Below are positions 1-9,050 of a DNA stretch of 64,000 bases, one piece after another. Source of the stretch: Candidatus Bathyarchaeia archaeon (GTDB lineage: Archaea; Thermoproteota; Bathyarchaeia; Bathyarchaeales; Bathycorpusculaceae); assembly GCA_037481775.1 (NCBI GenBank), contig JBBFKZ010000001.1, positions 151,150 to 215,149 on the forward strand. The letters run 5' to 3'. The notes beneath the pieces are model-generated. The model searched no databases. It was not told the DNA's origin and saw only the letters and a program-made list of their open reading frames with translations. Each line of letters begins with the position of its first letter. Position 1 is the stretch's first letter. Position numbers and translations under genes: made by a program.

Positions 1-173
1 GCATAAAAATCGTATTCAACAAGAGGTAACGGCAGTTTCGCTTATTCTCTAAGTAGGCTCAATTACTCTCTTTTGCAGATGCTTTGAAATGGCGCTTGGC
101 ATTATTATTCTGTTTAGGCAAAATTTGAAAGGGCGGTTCAGATTAGGATGCTAAGCACAGTTTATTGTATTTG

Positions 174-554
174 TTAAATTGAGCGGCAGAAGACGCATGT
201 TTCCTTGGAGGGGGCAGGGGTCTTTTTTTGGCAGGGTTTACACATTAGGCCTTTTTCACGGATTATTTTGCAGGTTTGACAGAAAAGTTCTAGGATTTCT
301 TTTTGTGATGATTTTTCGTGTAAAAGCATGTTCGTCATCTGATCTATGAGCAGTTGTACTTCGGGGCTGTCTTCAATTGTTATGAGGTTTCCTCGGTTTT
401 TTGTTGTGTATCTGCTTATTGCTGATTGGGTTAAGCCTAGAATTTCAGCTACTTGCTGTTCTTTCATTCTATGTTTTTCCACGAAGTTTCGGGCTATTGC
501 GGCTTTTACGGCGGGTAAAACTGTTTTTACTCCTACCTCGCAAGGCAGTAACAT
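174..554 (-). CDS. XRE-type HTH transcriptional regulator with C-terminal Cys-rich tail
   Basis: Track ORF 174..590. HTH segment 'QQVAEILGLTQSAISRY'. Three C-terminal CxxC pairs (CQTC, CKPC, CVFC). Start moved to the second ATG (554, 'MLLPCEV') because GGTGA lies 4 nt upstream and an AT-rich TATA-like box abuts the ATG at 590. Start at 590 remains possible. Confidence 0.6.
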   Translation of the reverse strand: MLLPCEVGVKTVLPAVKAAIARNFVEKHRMKEQQVAEILGLTQSAISRYTTKNRGNLITIEDSPEVQLLIDQMTNMLLHEKSSQKEILELFCQTCKIIREKGLMCKPCQKKTPAPSKETCVFCRSI

Positions 555-598
555 GTGTTCACCAGTTGGTCTAATTTCTGTTAGAAACATATATAAAT

Positions 599-633
599 AT
601 GACGCGTGTCATATCATTTATGACGTGTGTCAT
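599..633. promoter_or_regulatory. Putative twin operator: ATGAC-N4-GTCAT twice, 21 nt apart, in a divergent promoter region
   Basis: ATGACgcgtGTCAT at 599..612 and ATGACgtgtGTCAT at 620..633, between two divergently oriented regulator genes and next to the AT-rich stretch 591..600. Confidence 0.35.
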
Positions 634-1574
634 GTCGGGCTTCGTTTCATACAAACTTTTTGCACCCCAATCTCTCACTCCTTTACCCGGCAAGACACAC
701 GTCAAATAAAAGCTTTATCAAACGGGGAAAAGCCTTGATAAATTATCGCATTGCTGGCGAAAAACGCGATTTGGCAGAGGCCCTTAAAGCATTAGATGCC
801 GTGTGCAGAAAATGCGTGCCTGTAACACCGCTTGAATGCATAACACGTTGCGATGTCTGGAGGCTAAAGAATGAACTTCGAAAACTGCGGGGAGTTATGG
901 AAAAACCAAATTTCATGAAAGAACTTCTAAATACTCTAAAGAATGAAACGCGACTGCAGATTCTAAAGACCATCGCAAATGAGGGTTATTCTGCAGATAA
1001 GCTTGATCACAATTTTAGAGAAGTAGGGCGCATGGACGGCAAAAACACTATTTATGAAGAATGTCTACAACCATTGGCTGCGGTTGGACTGGTAGCGGAA
1101 AACATGAACCAGCGATTTTACGCTACGGTTTTCGGATGCATACTTGCCAAGAGGCTTGATGGATTTGCTGATTTGATTCGCTTCTTGCCAGCCAATTCAG
1201 AATGCTACGAGGAAACTCTACTGACCACACTGCTACAAGGACCTAAAACCTTTAAAAACTTAGCATCACTTGTTTCGCCGAATATTGCCCCGCGCATCTT
1301 GAAGCGACTGAAAACAGCGGGTTTAATAGAAACTCCAGAAGATAAAGATTGCGTGTTCTTCTTTAGGTCGAAGCGTGACCCAGCGAAGGAGACACTTTCT
1401 AATGCTGAACGAAAAGTTTACAATGCTATTTCAGAATGCGGAATTTCAGCGCGGCAACTTTCTGAGAAAACAGGGATTTCCCCGAGAAGAATCTACTTAC
1501 ACTTGCGCCGGCTAAAAGGAAAAAAAGCTTGTTTTCGTAAGAAGAACACCAAAGACCTATCGCTTGACAGCTAA
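627..1574 (+). CDS. Winged-helix (ArsR/TrmB-like) transcriptional regulator with two wHTH modules; 3' end apparently frameshifted
   Basis: GTG at 627; TTG at 735 is an alternative start. 'ETRLQILKTIANEGYS' and 'ISARQLSEKTGISPRRIYLHLRRLKGKK' resemble wHTH helices. N-terminal Cys cluster 'CRKCVPVTPLECITRC'. After the A7 run at 1520..1526 the +1 frame reads a textbook wing, 'LVFVRRTPKTYRLTAKGLKL', up to TAA at 1669..1671. Confidence 0.6.
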   Translation: MSCRASFHTNFLHPNLSLLYPARHTSNKSFIKRGKALINYRIAGEKRDLAEALKALDAVCRKCVPVTPLECITRCDVWRLKNELRKLRGVMEKPNFMKELLNTLKNETRLQILKTIANEGYSADKLDHNFREVGRMDGKNTIYEECLQPLAAVGLVAENMNQRFYATVFGCILAKRLDGFADLIRFLPANSECYEETLLTTLLQGPKTFKNLASLVSPNIAPRILKRLKTAGLIETPEDKDCVFFFRSKRDPAKETLSNAERKVYNAISECGISARQLSEKTGISPRRIYLHLRRLKGKKACFRKKNTKDLSLDS

Positions 1575-1826
1575 AGGCTTAAAGTTGGCATCTTTGCTGC
1601 GGGAATTACAGGCGCTTGTTGAAGAAATCTGGAAATCTTCTGAGCAGTTAGACAACAGCGAAAACACTTAAGCGCAAGAGAAAAAACAGGAATGGGAGCT
1701 TGCAGCTAAACTATAGCCCAACAGCATAACGGATATTGTTGGCTGAAGATAGCTTGCTCATTTTATTTTTAATGGCGAAAACTGGCGTTAAAAGTGGAAG
1801 AAAACATGCTTCGTTATTTTCTTTTT

Positions 1827-3977
1827 CTAATTGTTGTGTTCGTGTTTTTCAAGCTTTTTCGAAACATATTTTTCAGGGTTTTTCTTGAATTCCTCTTCAC
1901 AATGCTTCGAGCAGAAATAGTAAGTTTTGCCTGCATACTCAGTTTGACCATACGCTGTCTCTGGCTCAATTTCCATGTCGCACACAGGATCCTTCACCGT
2001 GACCGGCGCTTCTTCCTTGAATGCTACGCTTCCTGGTTCATACTTCCTCAAGGTTTGGCTGTTAAGAGCAACTAATACTGTGCTCATAGACATGATTATG
2101 GCTCCAACAGCGGGAGGCAAAACTACGCCGTAACCGCTTAGTACACCAGCTGCCAAGGGTATGGCTACAATGTTGTAGCCTGCGGCCCACCACAAGTTCT
2201 GCGCCATCTTACGGTATGTTTTCTGTGAAAGAGCTATTACTTTTGTAACGTCTCTTGGGTCGTTTTTAACGAGGATTATATCCGCGCTTTCAATTGCTAC
2301 ATCTGTTCCCGCGCCGATGGCGATGCCAACGTCTGCCGTAACCAATGCGGGCGCATCGTTTATGCCGTCGCCCACCATAGCCACCTTATGACCCCTAGCT
2401 TTTAACGCTTTAATTGCCTCAGATTTTTGATCGGGCAGAACTTGCGCAAAATACTCGTCTATGCCAAGATCTCGTGCAACCCATTTCGCGACGGCTTCAG
2501 AATCGCCCGTAAGCATGTAAACCTTCAAACCAAGGGTTTTCAGTTTAGCCACAGCTTCCGCAGATTCCTTCCTAATCTTATCTGCCAACGCAAAGGCGCC
2601 GACAAGTTTTCCATCAGCAACTGTGAAAACAACTGTCTTTCCATGTTCCTGTAAAGTCTTAATCGTGTCATCGTTTATCTTTATTTTCATTTCATGCAGC
2701 AGCGCTTGACTCCCAACATATACTTCACTGCGCGCAACCTTCCCATAAGCGCCTTTTCCCGGTAACGCTTTGAAATCTTTTACTTTAGGAATTTCCACAC
2801 CTTTATCGTTAGCATAGCGCACAATGGCTTTCGCGATTATGTGCTCCGAATTACGTTCCACAGCCGCGGTAAGCGCCAGAAGCCGCTCTTGGGGAATGTA
2901 GGCAACAACGTCCGCGACGCCGAATTCTCCTTCCGTTAACGTTCCAGTCTTGTCAAAAACAACCGCGTCAACATCCTTAACCATCTCGAAAGCACGCCTG
3001 TCTCGGATAAGAATGCCACTTTTCGCAGTTATTGAAGTGGAAAGCGCCACAACCAACGGGATAGCCAACCCAAGAGCATGAGGACAAGCAATCACAAGAA
3101 CGGTTACTGTTCTTTCCAAAGCCACATACGCGCTGGCTAGGGCGGACCAAGCAACGAAAGTCACTATGCCCACGGCAAGTGCGACGTAAAAAAGCAACGC
3201 CGCAGCCCTGTTTGCAAAATCCTGCGTTCGCGACTTGCTTTCCTGTGCGGCCTTCACAAGCTTTATCACTTGTGCTATATACGTTTCTTCACCAGTCTTT
3301 TCCACCCTAACTTTCAAGGAACCTTCACCGTTGATAGCGCCGCCTATCACACGGCTTTCTTTAGCCTTAAAAACGGGCGTTGACTCGCCAGTCAGCAACG
3401 CTTCATTAACAAAAGATTCGCCTTCAACAACGACACCATCAGAAGGAACCTTCTCTCCCGGACGCACCAGCACCACATCACCAACCCGCAGTTCTGACAC
3501 AAGCACATCCACCACCTCACCATCCCGTATAAGATGTGCAGAGGCGGGCATGACGCGGACAAGCACTTCAAGCGCCCGCGAAGCACCAAGCACGCTTTTC
3601 GCTTCTATCCAGTGGCCTAGGAGCATAACATCGATTAACGTTGCTAGCTCCCAAAAGAAGTCCATGCCCGCTATGAGAAAAACGGTTGCGGCAGAATAGA
3701 AAAAAGCTACTGAAATCGCCATGCCTATCAGCGTCATCATTCCCGGCTGTCGGCGCTTAACTTCCTCAACCATGCCCTGCAGGAAAGGCAATCCACCATA
3801 GACATAAATTATCGCTGAAAGAACCAACAAATTTTCTCGCTGGTAAGGCACCACAATCCAGGTGAGTCCCAACCAGCTTTGAATAGTTTCAGATAGCAGC
3901 AAAACAGGAACTGTCAGCGCAAGAGAAAACCAGAATTTACGCTTGAACATTTGCATGTGATGAACATGATGAGCCAT
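1827..3977 (-). CDS. copB: Heavy-metal (copper) P1B-type ATPase, CopB-like, with C-terminal YHS/TRASH-like domain
   Basis: 716 aa. P-type motifs TGES ('LLTGESTPV'), '[10 protein letters not shown]' and '[10 protein letters not shown]'. Transmembrane 'CPH' motif and His-rich N-terminus 'MAHHVHHMQ'. C-terminal 'DPVCDMEIE...[19 protein letters not shown]'. Confidence 0.85.
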   Translation of the reverse strand: MAHHVHHMQMFKRKFWFSLALTVPVLLLSETIQSWLGLTWIVVPYQRENLLVLSAIIYVYGGLPFLQGMVEEVKRRQPGMMTLIGMAISVAFFYSAATVFLIAGMDFFWELATLIDVMLLGHWIEAKSVLGASRALEVLVRVMPASAHLIRDGEVVDVLVSELRVGDVVLVRPGEKVPSDGVVVEGESFVNEALLTGESTPVFKAKESRVIGGAINGEGSLKVRVEKTGEETYIAQVIKLVKAAQESKSRTQDFANRAAALLFYVALAVGIVTFVAWSALASAYVALERTVTVLVIACPHALGLAIPLVVALSTSITAKSGILIRDRRAFEMVKDVDAVVFDKTGTLTEGEFGVADVVAYIPQERLLALTAAVERNSEHIIAKAIVRYANDKGVEIPKVKDFKALPGKGAYGKVARSEVYVGSQALLHEMKIKINDDTIKTLQEHGKTVVFTVADGKLVGAFALADKIRKESAEAVAKLKTLGLKVYMLTGDSEAVAKWVARDLGIDEYFAQVLPDQKSEAIKALKARGHKVAMVGDGINDAPALVTADVGIAIGAGTDVAIESADIILVKNDPRDVTKVIALSQKTYRKMAQNLWWAAGYNIVAIPLAAGVLSGYGVVLPPAVGAIIMSMSTVLVALNSQTLRKYEPGSVAFKEEAPVTVKDPVCDMEIEPETAYGQTEYAGKTYYFCSKHCEEEFKKNPEKYVSKKLEKHEHNN

Positions 3978-4058
3978 AAAATCAACCTTTCACAAAAAAG
4001 GGATGCGGACTCTAACTTATTTGAGTTATCCTTCTCAAAAAATGAGAAAAATTTGCGG

Positions 4059-4550
4059 TTAGCCGCCGGGTGCGCCGTGGAACGGCGCGTTTTCCCAGAG
4101 CAGTTGCCACCAGTCGTCCTCGGTTATGGTCTCTGCCTTTACGATTACTTCCAGAATGGCCTTTAGCAAAGCATGATGTCGTTTCTCGTCAACCAAAATG
4201 GACTTCAAGAGAAACTTCACCTTGCTATTCGCTATTGTAGGCAGAATCTTCTCAATTTTCTTGATAAGCTCCGCTTCCATCTGGATGTGCTTCTCCACAA
4301 GCGCCCTCTGCGCATCAAGATTCTCCTGCGTTAAAGCCTGCGAAACGACCATTAGAAAAGTAAGCGCGGACTCGTACAGGTCCGCGTGCTTCATGGAATC
4401 AAAGGCTATGCCTTTCAAAACGCTTGCTACAGCCGGGTTCTTAATATCAACCACGCCCTTATTCAGGGAGTCAACAATTTCCTTCTCAACAATTATCTGG
4501 CGCTTTATGAACTCAACCAGCTCACTATTCGAGTTTGAACTCATTTCCAC
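4059..4550 (-). CDS. Ferritin/rubrerythrin-like four-helix-bundle protein (hypothetical)
   Basis: 163 aa, helical-looking, with 'FDSMKHADLYE' and 'VDEKRHHALL' segments. Co-directional with the flavodoxin and copB genes. Confidence 0.4.
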   Translation of the reverse strand: MEMSSNSNSELVEFIKRQIIVEKEIVDSLNKGVVDIKNPAVASVLKGIAFDSMKHADLYESALTFLMVVSQALTQENLDAQRALVEKHIQMEAELIKKIEKILPTIANSKVKFLLKSILVDEKRHHALLKAILEVIVKAETITEDDWWQLLWENAPFHGAPGG

Positions 4551-4577
4551 CGTTTATCCTCCCCCTTTTTAAGCATG

Positions 4578-5030
4578 CTAAGCTTTGTGCATAAGGGTTT
4601 CAGCAACGCGCTTGCCAAGCTCACGGCACATGCTCAGCGCTTTTTCATCAGGCGCATACTTCACCAGCAATGGCGGCTCGATCACTTGCATTTCAAACTT
4701 GTTCTTCATAATTTCAAGAAGCATTTTCGGTGCTTCACCACTCCAGCCGTAAGAGCCAAAAGCCGCACCTACTTTCCCCTTTAGATTCATACCCTTCGCA
4801 GCGGCGTCCTCAAACAGCCTCTTCATATCCATTGGCGTGTCATGATGATACGTTGGTGCACCCAGAATTATAGCGTCAAAATTCGCTAGGTCATCAGCAT
4901 CAACATGATAGCTCAGCTCCACTTCGGCATTGCCAGCGTTTTTTGCGCCCTCAGCCACAGCCTTCGCCATTTTCTCCGTGTTTCCACTTCGGCTATAATA
5001 CAAAACAAGAATTCTCGGCACAAAATTCAC
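4578..5030 (-). CDS. Flavodoxin-fold FMN protein
   Basis: 150 aa. N-terminal 'ILVLYYSRSGNTEKMAKAVAEG', typical of the flavodoxin FMN-phosphate loop. Confidence 0.7.
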   Translation of the reverse strand: MNFVPRILVLYYSRSGNTEKMAKAVAEGAKNAGNAEVELSYHVDADDLANFDAIILGAPTYHHDTPMDMKRLFEDAAAKGMNLKGKVGAAFGSYGWSGEAPKMLLEIMKNKFEMQVIEPPLLVKYAPDEKALSMCRELGKRVAETLMHKA

Positions 5031-5236
5031 CTTTTAGAATAGAATGGTCAGCCAAATAATATGAACCTTTTGCAAATCAGGAAATAGCGGAAGAAAGAGG
5101 CAAAAAGGAATGCGCGTGTCTGTAAGGTTTTAGCAACGTGCATAACCACGTGTTTTTAGACGTAATATTCTTAAGTTGGAAACATAGGTTAAGTGCGCCA
5201 AAAAATTGTTTCCTTGAGAAAAGGAGAAGGCTCTTA

Positions 5237-6649
5237 ATGGAAAAACTAAAAATTAAGAAATCATGGATGCTTACCTGCGCACTGCTCTTACTGCAATTAA
5301 CAACTTTTGCTTCTGTCAGTCAGGCTTACGCCGTGATTCCCACAGGACCGCTTGATGTTGAAGTAGATGTAGGCGCAATACATTTCCGAGGAGAAATCGC
5401 TGACTTCTACATCCTGGTTTCTTTATCAGGTACGCCCATAGACGCAACGTTAACCGCTGATCTATATTATGAAGGAATGCTGGACTCTAATCTAACAGGT
5501 TTAATTCAGCCGGTTACTACAGGACTTTACAGAATAACCTACGCCATTCCGAATGATGCTTCGCCTGGGACATACGCTTTAGTTGTAAACGCTTGCCACA
5601 ATTGTGCCAAAGGCACTGCATTGAAAACTTTCTTGATAAGTCAGACGCTAACAGGCTGGGACGCATGGCTAATCGATATACAGAACAACATAGCAACTAT
5701 AAAAACTGAAGTCAGCACGATTAAAGTATCTTTGACCAATATAGACGCGAGGATAACCAGCATAGAAGGCAACATCATTACAATTCAGACAGACATAGGC
5801 AGCATCAAGACTGACATAACCACGATAGGGATAACACTGACCAGTATCGCGGGAGACATGGCAACCATAAACACTGCCATAGGCAGCATCCAAGGTAACA
5901 TAACGTCAATTCAAGGAGACATACTAGCAATCAGCACCCACGTAGGCTCAATCAAAGTGGACATAAGCAGCCTAAACGCAACTTTAACAAGCATCCAAGA
6001 TTCACTCGCGATAATCAGCACCACCGTCGGCACTATGGAAACAACCTTGAACAATATTGAACTCGGCATAACGCAGGTGTCTGGAAGCACAGTGTACATA
6101 AGCACTGTCTTCGGCGATCTGCAGGGCACTTTAAGCACAATCCAAGGCGACATAGCCACCATAAACACCAACATAGGCATGCTGCAAACAGACATAAGTT
6201 CATTAAACGCCACTTTAAAGGAAATTAAAGAGTCAATCGCCACAATCGAAACCAACGTGGGCCAGATGCGGGTTAGCTTGGACCAGATAAACGCGAAGCT
6301 TGTTGCGTTAGACGGTGATGTGGCAACGGTAAGAACAGACTTGGGCACAATTAAAACAACCATAGAAGACATCCAACTGAAAGTAATAAGCATTCAAGGC
6401 GATGTGGCAACCATAAGCACTGCGCTGGGCGATTTAACGGGCAAAATAACCGATATCCAAGGGGACATAGTCACGATAAAAACAGACATCGGTGAAATCA
6501 AAGCCACACTACGCGACATGCAAAACCGTGGAGGAGAAAACGCTGGTGCCACCTCGCTCTGGCTGGTACTCGCTGTGATCGCTGCCATCGTAGCGGTTAC
6601 TGCGATAATGCTGTTTCTGAAGAAGCATGGAAAAAGCAAAGTTGCTTAA
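5237..6649 (+). CDS. Secreted, C-terminally membrane-anchored surface protein with long coiled-coil stalk
   Basis: ATG at 5237 is preceded by AAGGAG at 5221; the track ORF begins at GTG 5138. Signal peptide 'MEKLKIKKSWMLTCALLLLQLTTFASVSQAYA'. About 110 aa of beta-rich head, about 290 aa of heptad repeats, TM 'LWLVLAVIAAIVAVTAIMLFL', then basic tail 'KKHGKSKVA'. Confidence 0.75.
   Translation: MEKLKIKKSWMLTCALLLLQLTTFASVSQAYAVIPTGPLDVEVDVGAIHFRGEIADFYILVSLSGTPIDATLTADLYYEGMLDSNLTGLIQPVTTGLYRITYAIPNDASPGTYALVVNACHNCAKGTALKTFLISQTLTGWDAWLIDIQNNIATIKTEVSTIKVSLTNIDARITSIEGNIITIQTDIGSIKTDITTIGITLTSIAGDMATINTAIGSIQGNITSIQGDILAISTHVGSIKVDISSLNATLTSIQDSLAIISTTVGTMETTLNNIELGITQVSGSTVYISTVFGDLQGTLSTIQGDIATINTNIGMLQTDISSLNATLKEIKESIATIETNVGQMRVSLDQINAKLVALDGDVATVRTDLGTIKTTIEDIQLKVISIQGDVATISTALGDLTGKITDIQGDIVTIKTDIGEIKATLRDMQNRGGENAGATSLWLVLAVIAAIVAVTAIMLFLKKHGKSKVA
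5663..6523 (+). repeat. Intragenic heptad (a/d) repeat region encoding a Thr/Ile/Asn/Gly-rich coiled coil
   Basis: Hydrophobic spacing is 4-3-4-3, for example 'TIQGDIATINTNIGMLQTDISSLNATLKEIKESIATIETNVG'. Recurring 'IQGD[IV]xTI' units are also visible as imperfect DNA repeats (atYcaaggNgaY). Confidence 0.8.
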
Positions 6650-7326
6650 GCACTTGTAGACTTAGGGAGCAGATCGCAATAGTAAAAGCGGTTATCCCTC
6701 AGCACTATCTCCCCCTTCTTGAAAGCTATCTTCTCATTAAATATGGGTCCATCATAGACGAATGAGTGGAATTCGCCGTTTTCGCCGCATGGATCTACAT
6801 TGGCTGGAAGCCTTGACAAAAACTCTTCATCGAACTCCCTGCCGACGAAATCCTTGGCTAGAAGAGTTGAGTCAACAGATGTGACGACTGCTTTGAAGCC
6901 GAGTTCGATGAACCGCGAGGCAAGTAGCCGAGTATTCTTGCCCCATAAAGGAAACAGCCCTCTCATGCCAATTTCAGCTAAGAGGCGCTCGCGGTATTTG
7001 CGCACATCAGCTAGAAAAATGTCGCCGAACACAACCGAGCAGACGCTGTTGTCGCGGTACCGCCTCAGCACTTTCAGTAGTTCGCTTTCGTATTCAGCGT
7101 TAGAAGCCCCTTTACGGATGAACATTTCCTCGAGCGGGAAATGCAGCGTGGTTGCCTGTTGCTCCAGCAGAACGCGGCGCACGCCGTGAATGCTGATTCT
7201 GTCATAATCCCGTGTAACTGTTGTTAATAGCGCAATCACCTCGTAGTCGCCAGTATTTAGAACTTCGTAAAGCGCAAGAGCGCTGTCCTTGCCGCTGCTC
7301 CACGCCATGATGACTTTTTCCCGCAT
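6646..7326 (-). CDS. PP-loop N-type ATP pyrophosphatase (Dph6/MJ0570-like, diphthine-ammonia ligase family)
   Basis: 226 aa. N-terminal 'MAWSSGKDSALALYE' PP-loop (SGKDS). Size fits the archaeal family. Confidence 0.6.
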   Translation of the reverse strand: MREKVIMAWSSGKDSALALYEVLNTGDYEVIALLTTVTRDYDRISIHGVRRVLLEQQATTLHFPLEEMFIRKGASNAEYESELLKVLRRYRDNSVCSVVFGDIFLADVRKYRERLLAEIGMRGLFPLWGKNTRLLASRFIELGFKAVVTSVDSTLLAKDFVGREFDEEFLSRLPANVDPCGENGEFHSFVYDGPIFNEKIAFKKGEIVLRDNRFYYCDLLPKSTSA

Positions 7327-7411
7327 TCAGATAACCGTGCCTTTTCTGCTTACCTAATGTATGGGCTAGTTTAAATATTTCAGAGCCGCCATCTAATACC
7401 ACTGGTTAAAC

Positions 7412-8893
7412 ATGAAAGTGCTCCTCATTAATCCGCCGCAGACATTTTATCCCGGCTCGGATCCGCCTGCAGGCAACCTCCCTTTGGGTCTAATGTATAT
7501 AGCAGCTGTTCTTGACGGCGCCGGCTATAAGGTTGAGATTCTAGACGCTTTCATGACTAGTGCTGTGTTCAAAAAAATCGGTGATGCCACCATAGTGGGC
7601 ATGCCTTACGAATCGATAAAGGAAGAGATTCACAGAAGGAAGCCCGACATTGTTGGCATAGCAAACCCGTTTACATCTCAAGTTGAGCATGCCATCAGAG
7701 TGGCTGACATCGCAAAGGAAGTAGATCCAGACATTTTAACGGTTGCTGGTGGCCCGCATGTCTCAGCTGCACCCGTTGAGTTCATGAAAGAGGCGCAGAA
7801 CGTGGACATCGCGGTAACCGGTGAAGGCGAGTACACCATGCTCGAGATTGCCCCTGTCTATGCGGGAACCAGAAAAATGAGCGATGTGAAGGGCATAGTT
7901 TACCGAGAGAACGGTGTGGTGAAGCAGACACCCCCGAGACCGTTCATTAAGAACTTAGATGAGCTACCCTATCCTGCGTATCATCTGGTGAACATGGAGC
8001 AGTATCTTAGCCCCAGCAAGATAGAGTACCGCAGTTTCAAGGATAGAGCAATATCCATGATAACCAGCAGAGGCTGCCCATTTAACTGCAACTTCTGTTC
8101 GGTTCACCTGCACATGGGCCGCACGTTCAGGGTCCATTCAGCAGACTACGTTGTGGATCACATAGAGTACGTGGTGGACAAGTACAGAGTTAAAACCATC
8201 TTTTTTGAGGATGACAATTTAACGTTTGACCTGAAAAGGTTTGAGGCCATCTGCGATAAAATAATCACGCGGGGCATCAGGTTCAAGTGGGAAACGCCTA
8301 ATGGCATAAGAGCCGATTATTTGACGCTTGAGCTTTTAAAGAAAATGAAGAAGTCCGGCTGCCAAAGCGTCTTCTTCGGCATCGAGTCAGGTGACCAGTA
8401 CATTCTGGATAACGTTATCGATAAGCGCCTTGACTTGAAGAAAGTGGTTGAAGTTGCCAAGATGTGCAAGTCCGTGGGGATAAGCACTGCCGCATTCTAC
8501 ATTATCGGTTTCCCCGGAGAGAAAAAGGAGCACATGCTTAGGACAGTGGAGCTTGCGCTTCGGCTTAAGCGCGAATATGATGTGGGCATGCTGCTTCATG
8601 TGGCGACGCCCTCGCTGGGAACACGTCTATACCGAGAATGCGTTGAGAAGGGCTACATTCAAGGGGAGCTGTCGCCGCGTGCCTTCGCCGAGGTAAGGCA
8701 GACATGGGGTATGCCGCTGATAAGGACAGAAGATTTCACGCCTGCAGAGGTGAAGGAAATAGCAGCCATGGCTGTTAAGCAGTACAAGCGACTGTTGCTG
8801 ATTAACTACTTCAAATATCCGGGAAAAACGCTTAGGACCGCGCTGGATCAGCCAAAGCTCATCTGGAAATTCATCCAGAACCTGAAAACGTGA
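7412..8893 (+). CDS. B12-binding-domain radical SAM protein
   Basis: 493 aa. N-terminal Rossmann-like B12-binding region ('MKVLLINPP...LGLMYIAAVL'). Radical SAM cluster motif 'RGCPFNCNFCS' (CxxxCxxC). Confidence 0.8.
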   Translation: MKVLLINPPQTFYPGSDPPAGNLPLGLMYIAAVLDGAGYKVEILDAFMTSAVFKKIGDATIVGMPYESIKEEIHRRKPDIVGIANPFTSQVEHAIRVADIAKEVDPDILTVAGGPHVSAAPVEFMKEAQNVDIAVTGEGEYTMLEIAPVYAGTRKMSDVKGIVYRENGVVKQTPPRPFIKNLDELPYPAYHLVNMEQYLSPSKIEYRSFKDRAISMITSRGCPFNCNFCSVHLHMGRTFRVHSADYVVDHIEYVVDKYRVKTIFFEDDNLTFDLKRFEAICDKIITRGIRFKWETPNGIRADYLTLELLKKMKKSGCQSVFFGIESGDQYILDNVIDKRLDLKKVVEVAKMCKSVGISTAAFYIIGFPGEKKEHMLRTVELALRLKREYDVGMLLHVATPSLGTRLYRECVEKGYIQGELSPRAFAEVRQTWGMPLIRTEDFTPAEVKEIAAMAVKQYKRLLLINYFKYPGKTLRTALDQPKLIWKFIQNLKT

Positions 8894-9050
8894 TGTCAGA
8901 TTGTTTAGGCTGAGGGCGTCTGCGTTTGCAACGCTTGATTACCGCTACAGCAACAATCACCACTGCAGCAAGATTATGACGCTTTTGGCGGAATCATAGG
9001 AACATGTATTAGGCACGGTGACTGAATAATGCTTAGAGATGCTTTGATTT

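Noticed and set aside
3235-3699. 154-aa plus-strand ORF, and others at 2427..2654 and 3392..3589, inside the copB region.
   Set aside because: They are antisense to, or out of frame with, a P-type ATPase that has all catalytic motifs. The Ser/Thr/Pro-rich translation is typical of shadow ORFs.
5663-6523. Periodic DNA repeats that could be mistaken for a CRISPR array or tandem satellite.
   Set aside because: The repeats are imperfect and in-frame, and they encode a continuous heptad pattern within one long ORF. There are no identical repeats separated by unique spacers, and no cas genes are present.
5669-6639. Three sizeable antisense ORFs (5669..5893, 5911..6393, 6394..6639) opposite the coiled-coil gene.
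   Set aside because: They lie entirely within the repetitive heptad-coding region. Repeats with low stop-codon content on the opposite strand generate long spurious ORFs. Their translations are low-complexity, lack recognisable motifs, and have no independent start context.
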